In this document: piece by piece, positions 48,718 through 56,824 of the stretch
Layout of the letters: the number at the start of each line of letters is the position of its first letter
Numbering within the stretch: the first letter of the stretch is position 1
Source of the DNA: a virus
Lineage: Duplodnaviria; Caudoviricetes
Strand: one strand, 5' to 3'
IMG/VR virus record: IMGVR_UViG_3300024272_000051
Span: 40,405 to 104,404 of that record
DNA: 64,000 bases
Notes under the pieces: generated by a model
What the model was told of the DNA's origin: nothing
Seen by the model: only the letters and a program-made list of their open reading frames with translations
The model's database searches: none
Made by a program: the position numbers and the translations under genes

Positions 48718-50229
48718 TTATTCGTTGTTGTCTCCGTCTCCGGTTTCTCTGGATTGCTCGCCTGAGTCACTCAGTTCACCGATATCTTTTTGAGGAGCAC
48801 CGGCGTTTTTTGAACTCATTGTGGCGGAACTCATCAATGGCTTAAATCTTGATTTTAGATTAAGCACATTGTCTTCAAGGAAATTCATGCAATCCATTTC
48901 TGCCTGAGATACTCCTTGTGAAGCACAATAGTAAGAAATAGTAGGCAACCCGTACTGAGCGGCTTTTAGATATTGTTCTCCAATCTCCTTGCGATTGTAT
49001 GGACTAGAATCAAGGAATGTAACCTTGAAATTCTTGCCATGTGAGTAACTTTGTATAAAGCGATTAACAACACCTTCAAGACTCTTGACAATGCCATAAG
49101 TAATCGCTTGGTCTGCCTTAATTGACAAAAGTAAAGCATTGCTTGAAGCCTTGTCGTTATTGAACAACAGGGTAGAAACACCCGCTGCGGTAAACAAGTT
49201 CTGCTCAGCTTCTGCAATCGTATCGCTATCGCCAGCGGTAGATTTGTCAAAACTGATTTTGCTTATTTCCATCGGAGACAGAACAGCGCCAACCTCTTCT
49301 GGCAAAACATTGTCCAGATTGCGGTAGAACTCTTTCGCCTTGTCAAGATCCATTTCCCACTCGCCATCAGAATTGATACCAAGCTTCATTACCAGCATGG
49401 CATAATTCTCCAGCTCTGTTTTGGTCATCTTGAGTTGCTTATAATCTTCCAGATCATATACTTCTCTGAACATTCCCGCGAATGGTGGAATGGAGTAATT
49501 CAAAATGTCCGTATTACACTTCACAGCAAATGAAGTAGGAGAGTCCAACTCCTGCCACTTCATCTTTGTGCGATCCTTCTCATACAGCCTGTACTTCTTC
49601 TCAAATTCAGGTGGGTATAACGCTAAATACTCACCATTGGAATCAAAATATGAGAAATCAAACGAAACATTCAAAACATTTCCTTCAACGACTGCAATAT
49701 CGCAGTAATCGGATGGCAACTGCTGAATAGTAATGTTGTCATTTGTGACCCACATGGTTCCATAGAATGTGTCTTCACGTAAACAAACTGTAATAATCTT
49801 TGGGAACTGATTCTTAATATCCATCGCAGAAAGCATATTTAATGTTTTTCTGTATTGCTTTCCAATAGTTGCAGGCTTCACAGTGCTTGTGTCAATTTTG
49901 TGCGGAGACAGCACATATGACAAATCGGTCAACCCAGTAAAATACTGGATTAACCGACGAAAATGTGAGCTTGCACCATAAATATAGATAGCAGCATTTC
50001 GCAGATTTTTTTGGTTACTATAAGGATTCTGTAGAAATGTTGAAATCTGATCTTTAGTGTATAAATAGAAAGTCGGGTTTCTCGAAGTGCCATTCAGATC
50101 TCTGGTAATCAGCCGATTAAGTGCCGCAAACCTATGTGGCAAATGGATCATACCATCAATATTGAAATTAGAACTCGTCGCTGCCGACCCAGAAGTGTTT
50201 TCGGTCACTTCAACAATCTTTTTTTCCAC
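48718..50229 (-). CDS. Portal protein
   Basis: 503 aa directly after TerL; QQLPSDYC, AGVSTLLFN, PLMSSAT. Confidence 0.85.
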   Translation of the reverse strand: MEKKIVEVTENTSGSAATSSNFNIDGMIHLPHRFAALNRLITRDLNGTSRNPTFYLYTKDQISTFLQNPYSNQKNLRNAAIYIYGASSHFRRLIQYFTGLTDLSYVLSPHKIDTSTVKPATIGKQYRKTLNMLSAMDIKNQFPKIITVCLREDTFYGTMWVTNDNITIQQLPSDYCDIAVVEGNVLNVSFDFSYFDSNGEYLALYPPEFEKKYRLYEKDRTKMKWQELDSPTSFAVKCNTDILNYSIPPFAGMFREVYDLEDYKQLKMTKTELENYAMLVMKLGINSDGEWEMDLDKAKEFYRNLDNVLPEEVGAVLSPMEISKISFDKSTAGDSDTIAEAEQNLFTAAGVSTLLFNNDKASSNALLLSIKADQAITYGIVKSLEGVVNRFIQSYSHGKNFKVTFLDSSPYNRKEIGEQYLKAAQYGLPTISYYCASQGVSQAEMDCMNFLEDNVLNLKSRFKPLMSSATMSSKNAGAPQKDIGELSDSGEQSRETGDGDNNE

Positions 50230-51972
50230 TTATCTCACCCGCCTTCCTTGTTTAACTTTTGGTGCTCTAAACATAAACACCTGATCACTCTCAGAAGATG
50301 AACCGTTTCTTTTTTTGAGTTTGTTTTCAAGCTGGCAAGCAACCCAATAACTGTAACTCAAGCTGGAATAGCGGTCTTTTCGCACACCCTTTTTGCGGGT
50401 AATTTTGACGAAGCCGCTTGTTTCGTCATGTTGTAAGTTAATCAGCTCATTGATCAAAAGAGTGGTATTGATATACGGCATCTGAAGCTGCCATTTATCA
50501 GACGCGTCAAGCGATCCATAGCCACGAATGCTCGCAAGACTTGTTTCACCATCATACTCGGATGTAAGCAGTCTTACTCTACCGGCCCTAAATCCATCAC
50601 GAAGTAAAATTGCACACTCAGAATTAAACTTGTCTGTTGCGTTAATAACCCACAGCGCCTTCTCGGCACCATAAGGGGCACGGGCAGCCCATTCTGTATT
50701 GTTACAACAGGAGAGGGCGGGATACACTTCACCAGTATCTGGATCGTTAATATCTCTAACCAAGCTGTCAGCAACACCAAAGCCGACGCCCTTAACGTCA
50801 ATTACAATATAGTCGCACATATACATTTCGTATAGTTTACGAACACGCAATGCCTGATCAGCAGTATGCGCGCCCTCAGAAGATTCTGTGTATACAAGAT
50901 TATTTGTATATCGCCCTGCCTTTGTAGGCAGCAACTGATTGATGAAAATAGCAGATGCGTCGTTTTTGTTCTTTGTACTTGCCATCAAAGCCAAGTCAAC
51001 TGAAAGAATACGCTTTTCGCCATTCTGCTTTGGTGGAATCTTAACCTTTTTGGAGTCTGTTAGTTTGATCGACACATCATCGGGCAGCATAGGGTAAGTA
51101 ATCTTTCTGTTTTTTGATACGGTGTCAAAATCGAAGAAAGTGCCGTCCAAATCGCCAAACCAGAGGCATTCCATTTCCATACTCCACTTAGTTTCGTTAA
51201 ACCCGGCCTCAGACATTTCATCCGCGACAGCATTGTTGTCAAGTAACCCTTCTTTGATAGAAAGTTGATATGGCAATCCACAGACGAAATACTTTGTTGC
51301 ATCGTCCAACATTTTGTCGGTGTAGTCTTTAACCTTTTCGTATGACCAATGACTCTTAAAATATGCACTGGAAAGGTATACTTCTTTATTGCGTTCTTTA
51401 AGATGGGCATATCTTGGATTATGAAGATATCCTGGCATACGAGGGGCTGTTAAGAAACGGCGAAGAACAGTTTCGATAGTATCTTTGTTAACCATTCGGA
51501 ACTCGTCCACCAACAAAATATTAGCACGGTTGCTTCGAGCCGAGTCAGATGCGGTAACAACCTTAATAGACGAGCCGTTTTTAAAATCAACATACGCATT
51601 TGTGCTCGAAATGACCAAAGTCTCAATCTCATTTTTCAACAATGGAGAATTTGGCAAGAGCTCAATCTTAATCTTCTCAAGAATATTGATACTCTGACCT
51701 CGTGTGCCAGAGGCAATACATATTTTTGTACCGGGGTATAGAATGCATCGAATACAGCAAAAAACAGCAAGAAGCCATGATTTGCCTTGGCCTCTTGCGG
51801 CGATGTAACAGAAGAAATGGCAAATATTCATCATGTAAAGCAAGATCTTCTGGAACAATCGCAGATGTACATTTAGATAGTCTTCTGCAAAGCGGTGTGG
51901 ATTAGCTCTATAAAAAGAAGCCCAAGCATCCACGCCGGCCAGAATCCTACCTTCTCTTGTTTCACTCGCCAT
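50230..51972 (-). CDS. terL: Terminase large subunit
   Basis: AARGQGKS Walker A, LLVDEF Walker B, YLSSA, SVDLA, RKDRYSS. Confidence 0.93.
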   Translation of the reverse strand: MASETREGRILAGVDAWASFYRANPHRFAEDYLNVHLRLFQKILLYMMNICHFFCYIAARGQGKSWLLAVFCCIRCILYPGTKICIASGTRGQSINILEKIKIELLPNSPLLKNEIETLVISSTNAYVDFKNGSSIKVVTASDSARSNRANILLVDEFRMVNKDTIETVLRRFLTAPRMPGYLHNPRYAHLKERNKEVYLSSAYFKSHWSYEKVKDYTDKMLDDATKYFVCGLPYQLSIKEGLLDNNAVADEMSEAGFNETKWSMEMECLWFGDLDGTFFDFDTVSKNRKITYPMLPDDVSIKLTDSKKVKIPPKQNGEKRILSVDLALMASTKNKNDASAIFINQLLPTKAGRYTNNLVYTESSEGAHTADQALRVRKLYEMYMCDYIVIDVKGVGFGVADSLVRDINDPDTGEVYPALSCCNNTEWAARAPYGAEKALWVINATDKFNSECAILLRDGFRAGRVRLLTSEYDGETSLASIRGYGSLDASDKWQLQMPYINTTLLINELINLQHDETSGFVKITRKKGVRKDRYSSLSYSYWVACQLENKLKKRNGSSSESDQVFMFRAPKVKQGRRVR

Positions 51973-53029
51973 TTAACTCACCGTCAAAATCAGTTCCGTT
52001 CTCATCGGCTCTGGCAAAAATGTCTTCAAACACCGCTTCCTCTTCTTCGCCCTCATATTCGGGTCGCTCAACACGAAGTCGCGCCATTTCTTCTTCGTAC
52101 AGACGACTGTATTTATTTTCGATTTTCATCATCTTACAAAGATGGCCGAAGAACCAAACGGAAACATATTTTGCAATTCCATCAACGTCTTTAAGCTGTG
52201 GGTCAGGTTCGGCAATGGGCCGAGTGTTTTCAATCTTGCGAATCCACACGCCAAAGGGAGTTGACTCTGCTGCTGCGTCGAGATTCTCTTCCTTCTTTTT
52301 TTGGACGGGTTTCAAGTTTGCACTACCAAGCAATGTGTTTAGTGCATTAATAGACTTGTCTGTCGATTTGCCTACAGCGGTGTCACGAGTAATTGTGACT
52401 TCCAACATGCAGATCTGCCTAATGATGGCGCACTCACTAACATCCATTGAGTAACGGTCTGTGTCGCCACACCAGTATTTCAAACGCCTCTCCAAATCAA
52501 TATAAAAGGAAGGAGCGAAACCATCACCCCAGAACTCGACGATTTCGCTCGAAATTGTAATTTCTTCATTATTGTCCGTAATAATTTCGTCTAAAACTAC
52601 GTCAGACGACCTATGTATCAGTCCATTTTCTTCATCTAATGTATCGTCAAAAGTCTTGCCAACAAACTGGTAAAGGTTCGATTTACTGATATAGCTCAAA
52701 ACACGTGAGCTTGTCGTACTGCTTTTGTTGAGCATGTTGTAAATCCTATCATTCCAGTAAATATCAAACTTCATGCAGATACGTCGAATTGCGGCTTTCT
52801 CGTCGTTGAGTACGGACTTGTAATGTTGATACATTTCTTCAACGCAGTGCCTACAAACAGGAAGATATCCACCATTTTCTCGGTAGATTGGGCTCTGTGA
52901 AGCTGGAAAATTTCCTTTTTGCTTCGTATAATCTCTTGGACACCTTGTGCAGTAATACTTTTCCGGTCGATCCTTGATAGGAGTTGCATTACCCGGTTTG
53001 GAGCTGGTTATCTTACTCTGTTTGGGCAT
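51962..53029 (-). CDS. Putative terminase small subunit with N-terminal Zn finger
   Basis: CTRC...CRHC; overlaps the TerL start; FGVWIRKIENTRP. Confidence 0.6.
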   Translation of the reverse strand: MPKQSKITSSKPGNATPIKDRPEKYYCTRCPRDYTKQKGNFPASQSPIYRENGGYLPVCRHCVEEMYQHYKSVLNDEKAAIRRICMKFDIYWNDRIYNMLNKSSTTSSRVLSYISKSNLYQFVGKTFDDTLDEENGLIHRSSDVVLDEIITDNNEEITISSEIVEFWGDGFAPSFYIDLERRLKYWCGDTDRYSMDVSECAIIRQICMLEVTITRDTAVGKSTDKSINALNTLLGSANLKPVQKKKEENLDAAAESTPFGVWIRKIENTRPIAEPDPQLKDVDGIAKYVSVWFFGHLCKMMKIENKYSRLYEEEMARLRVERPEYEGEEEEAVFEDIFARADENGTDFDGELNGE

Positions 53030-53040
53030 GACGACTCACC

Positions 53041-53331
53041 TCAATCTCGGATGATTCCTTCTTTGACCTCACGCTTCAGCAGCTTACCTGCAGTAAAATG
53101 AGGAGAGCGATAGGGAGGAATCACAATGCGCTCCTTTGTTTGTGGGCAGAGCCCCTCTCTGGAGGCGCGCTCACGAACATCGAAAGTACCAAAACCACGG
53201 AACATAACTGACTCTCCCGCAACAAGGATTTCTTCCAAGGTTCGGATAAAGTCATCCATAATCACACCTGCATCATGCTTTGTGTAGCCTTTCTGTGCAA
53301 GGCGCTCAATAAAATCATCTCTCTGTAACAT
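53041..53331 (-). CDS. hup: HU-like DNA-binding protein
   Basis: GESVMFRGFGTFDVRERASREG..PQT...P.FTAGKLLK. Confidence 0.9.
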   Translation of the reverse strand: MLQRDDFIERLAQKGYTKHDAGVIMDDFIRTLEEILVAGESVMFRGFGTFDVRERASREGLCPQTKERIVIPPYRSPHFTAGKLLKREVKEGIIRD

Positions 53332-53358
53332 ATAAACACCCTTTCGTTTTTCCTTTTG

Positions 53359-54390
53359 TTATAAGTCCGACAGCTTTGTTGGCTGTGCAGCCTTAATACC
53401 GTTTTCGTCAAAATATTGATCAAGTTGTTCTTCCGTTGTTAAATCCTTGTAGATTCGCACCATATCGCTGGAAGTCCAACCAATAATCTCCTGAATTACA
53501 CCATCTGGCAATCCTGAGCGTGCAAGACTTGTAGTAAAATAATGTCGCATTGCGTGCCAATAAAAATCAACATTGATCAAATTGCCAAATGTGATCGCCC
53601 AACTATTTAATGTCTCTGGCTTCATCTGTTTTGAATAATCTTCTTTGAGCGGGAAGAGCCATACACTATCTATTCCTTGCTCTTTGCGCTGCTTCAACCA
53701 GCGATCAAGATATGGTTTAAACTTTTTTGCTAAAGTATAACAGTAGATATATTTTCCAAGGCCAAAACCCTTTGTTTTAATAGTCTCACTGGTTTTGTAC
53801 AGTGCGCCACCACACACAAGATTCTCCTCTTTAAAATCGTCAACCTTAAATCGAACAAGTTCCGATTTTCTGCGCCCAGAAAACATAGCGAGCGCAAGCA
53901 TACACGCTTTCTCGTAGTGCCCTTTTTCTGTTAGAATGTCTAGCAGATCGTCAAGCTGTGAATCTGACAAGACTGTTTTTTCACGTACTTGCTGATTGAC
54001 TGGGGACTCAATTTTTCTAACAATAGAACGAAAATCCTTAAACTCTGGCTCGTCATCTAAAATTGCCTCAATAAAATTAGACAAAGAAGAAATCGCAGAT
54101 TTTATTCTGCGAACTCTCGATGGAGAATTCTCATTTTCGTTAATGAGCCAGTTTTGAAAAGAAACAAGATCTCGTTTGCTTACTTCGGAAAAATTCTTGT
54201 TGCCAAGATTTTTCATACAGTACACAAAGAAGATATCGAGATCGTTGTCGTATCCACGTATTGTCCCAGGACTTCGCTGAACAGACTTCAGATAGTCTAA
54301 AAAGTCCTTTTTTAAGCGTAAGTTGTCTGGATTGATTTGAGAGACAAGTTCGGGGCTTGTCAGGTCGTTCATTTTTGTTTTTCTTGGCAT
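53359..54390 (-). CDS. Xer-like tyrosine recombinase
   Basis: N-terminal core-binding domain (SPGTIRGY), SGRRKSE, KTKG, HAMRH, IGW, RIY. Confidence 0.88.
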   Translation of the reverse strand: MPRKTKMNDLTSPELVSQINPDNLRLKKDFLDYLKSVQRSPGTIRGYDNDLDIFFVYCMKNLGNKNFSEVSKRDLVSFQNWLINENENSPSRVRRIKSAISSLSNFIEAILDDEPEFKDFRSIVRKIESPVNQQVREKTVLSDSQLDDLLDILTEKGHYEKACMLALAMFSGRRKSELVRFKVDDFKEENLVCGGALYKTSETIKTKGFGLGKYIYCYTLAKKFKPYLDRWLKQRKEQGIDSVWLFPLKEDYSKQMKPETLNSWAITFGNLINVDFYWHAMRHYFTTSLARSGLPDGVIQEIIGWTSSDMVRIYKDLTTEEQLDQYFDENGIKAAQPTKLSDL

Positions 54391-54415
54391 ACAAGCCACC
54401 TCCTTGTCTTAAACT

Positions 54416-54490
54416 TGGGTGCGAAGGCTGGATTCGAACCAGCGTCTACGGCTCATGAGGCCATCAAGGAAACCACTCCTCCACTCCGCA
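54416..54490 (-). tRNA. tRNA with CAT anticodon (initiator-Met-like, atypical)
   Basis: Full 75-nt cloverleaf: TGCGGAG/CTTCGCA, GAGG/CCTT, ATGGC-CTCATGA-GCCGT, GCTGG-TTCGAAT-CCAGC, C-CCA. Confidence 0.88.
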
Positions 54491-54494
54491 ATAC

Positions 54495-54533
54495 AAAAAA
54501 TAAGCGGGATGGGGTTGTTAGCCCCTCCCGCTC
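54495..54533 (-). terminator. Terminator between the phosphoesterase and the tRNA
   Basis: AGCGGGA(T)GGGG...CCCCTCCCGCT stem with minus-strand T-run. Confidence 0.55.
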
Positions 54534-54536
54534 GCT

Positions 54537-55730
54537 TTAGCTCAATTTGATATCATATGAACACCGAATTCCAGTATGGTCACAAACACAGACCATCTGT
54601 TCCGGTTGTCCATAAATTCTTTTACTAACACAGAAATCATCCATACCAAGGAAGCTTCCCGCCATTATAGTCTTCACACCCTGCACCTCATCGATCTTGT
54701 TATGGTGTAAGTGTCCTGATAGTACTGCATACAACGGTCTGCGCGCCATAGTTTGTAAGGCTTGCACTTTTGCAGCACTTCCATCGTAGTCTCCATGTAT
54801 ACCACAGTATGTATTATCACGAATATCGATAAGATACATCGTAGAGTCAACCTTGTCACAATCGCCAATTAAAACATTGTCAAATGCTTGTAGCCGTGCT
54901 TGTAGATACCACTCAACAAGATCATCAAGACGCTCGTCTTTTAGAGCGCGATCTTTAATATCAATACGAGAATGATTGCCGGCAACGCTCACATATCGAA
55001 CAACCGTAAAATGTTTGCTTAACTCAGCAAGAAACTCCGCAATCAATTCGGAGACACCAGTAATTTGCTCAATTACATTTTCTTTATTTGTAACAGCAAT
55101 TGAATTATGAATGTTCCCACTAATTTCGTCGCCATTTGCCCACACAATGCAGTTTTCGCTTCCGTGTATTTTCCCAATTTCAATGATCTGGTCAAGATAA
55201 CGACACATCATCTCTCTGCAAATATCTGAGTTATACTTATTCCAGTAATTGTCAACGACAGCTCCGTAGTGAATATCATTCAAACTAACCAAAAGATCAT
55301 TGTCTGATACTATTGGAGTGGCGGGGGAATAGTTCAGTGATGGCAGATTTCCGTTTAGCACAACAGATGTGATGATTTCGTTGAGTTCTTCCTGTCTGGC
55401 TCTGTCTCGAACCAATTTATTCAATGCAACTCGCTGATCGTAAAACTTTTGACGCTCCTTTTGGACTTCTACTTTTTTTGCGTCCATCTCGCTTAAGATG
55501 TCGTCGGATGTAATTGCTCGTTCAGCATCCATATCCAACAACTCTAAGGTACGACGACTGCCATACATCATACGTCTTGCAACATCTGAGCTGTATTCTT
55601 TTCCGTAAACATATGGTGCCAATTCAGAATAATCCTCATCAGCAAGAGTGCCATCGACCAGCTTTCCGTAAATCAGGCGCTTGTGATACGCCAATTCTGT
55701 TTCGTGTTGTCTTTTTGAAAGCTTGTCCAT
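54537..55730 (-). CDS. Metallophosphoesterase (YonJ-like)
   Basis: NDIHYG, NGDEISG, AGNHSR, IHGD, GHLHH. Confidence 0.85.
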   Translation of the reverse strand: MDKLSKRQHETELAYHKRLIYGKLVDGTLADEDYSELAPYVYGKEYSSDVARRMMYGSRRTLELLDMDAERAITSDDILSEMDAKKVEVQKERQKFYDQRVALNKLVRDRARQEELNEIITSVVLNGNLPSLNYSPATPIVSDNDLLVSLNDIHYGAVVDNYWNKYNSDICREMMCRYLDQIIEIGKIHGSENCIVWANGDEISGNIHNSIAVTNKENVIEQITGVSELIAEFLAELSKHFTVVRYVSVAGNHSRIDIKDRALKDERLDDLVEWYLQARLQAFDNVLIGDCDKVDSTMYLIDIRDNTYCGIHGDYDGSAAKVQALQTMARRPLYAVLSGHLHHNKIDEVQGVKTIMAGSFLGMDDFCVSKRIYGQPEQMVCVCDHTGIRCSYDIKLS

Positions 55731-55742
55731 TCCAGTCCTCCT

Positions 55743-55904
55743 TTACGCAGGTCTGCGAAGGTCTTTTAGCAGTCGCATGGCGCTTTTACTCTCTTCCATA
55801 TAATACTTATGGCGTTTAGACTTCTGCTTAACAGTCCTTCGAATATGGACATCTGGTAGTCTTTTAGAAATGATTTCCTTTTCATTCGCGCTGATAATAA
55901 TCAC
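55743..55904 (-). CDS. Small basic protein, probable first late gene
   Basis: AAAGGGAG RBS then GTG; KSKRHKYYMEES. Confidence 0.6.
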   Translation of the reverse strand: MIIISANEKEIISKRLPDVHIRRTVKQKSKRHKYYMEESKSAMRLLKDLRRPA

Positions 55905-56059
55905 AAAATTCTCCCTTTCAATCTGGTTATTCGCCACATAAAATGGCGTTGATACATTATTATACTATAATAGGAATACTGCATTGGGTGCTGTAAAGCC
56001 CTTGTTTTCGAGCTTTACAGACACCCTCTATTTAAAAGTTTCTTGAAATGGGGCCGAAG

Positions 56060-56824
56060 TCAAGCCACCACTTCGCTATGATAATTATCGAGAGCTCTCT
56101 GCCGATTGATATCAATGGCACAATCACGACAGTACTTCTGCACATTACTCGTGCGCTTTATTACAACACCACAAGAAGAGCATTCAAAATACGGCTCTCC
56201 GCAATATCTCATATACTGATATCCAAGATTGCGGAAATCTGAAATTTGCAAGAGTGGCTCACTGTCATAGTCAAGACACTGTACATTGATGTTAATGTTG
56301 TCGACTTTGCGACTAAATCGGACCAAGCCAGCCTCGCGCAGATCGTTTAGCATCAAAGACTGTCGCTTAATCGAGGTTACCACATTTGCCAACTTGAAAA
56401 TTTCTTTGTCTTGTCGGTTAACCCAATTGTCATTTTTAACACTTACCGCATTAGAATACTTTGCAAGGCAGATTAACGAAAACATTAATCGACGCATCTG
56501 CTTGCCGGGCAAGCTGTCACATACTGTAAGCTCTTTTTTTGTGACTGGAATACTATCCAACTCAATGAGAGTTGTCTTGTCTGCGGCCTTTATCTGTCTA
56601 TCAATGGCGTCCTGCCACTTAACAATGTTAATGGTGGGGTCGCATTTAAGCATAAAATCTTCTAATAGAGAACGAATTTCCTGTTTTTTGTATCCCTCTG
56701 CACTGTAGTATTTAGCAACTCTTCCCAACGTCTCAAGTGGCTTTGGGTCAAGCGAACATCTGTTCAAAGCATCAATTGCAAAATCTCTCTCATTCAGCAC
56801 AATGCTCATTAGCTTTCCCTCCAA
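56060..56824 (-). CDS. RNAP-associated hypothetical protein with C-terminal Zn ribbon
   Basis: Overlaps the RNAP stop; CSSC...YCRDC. Confidence 0.7.
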   Translation of the reverse strand: MEGKLMSIVLNERDFAIDALNRCSLDPKPLETLGRVAKYYSAEGYKKQEIRSLLEDFMLKCDPTINIVKWQDAIDRQIKAADKTTLIELDSIPVTKKELTVCDSLPGKQMRRLMFSLICLAKYSNAVSVKNDNWVNRQDKEIFKLANVVTSIKRQSLMLNDLREAGLVRFSRKVDNININVQCLDYDSEPLLQISDFRNLGYQYMRYCGEPYFECSSCGVVIKRTSNVQKYCRDCAIDINRQRALDNYHSEVVA

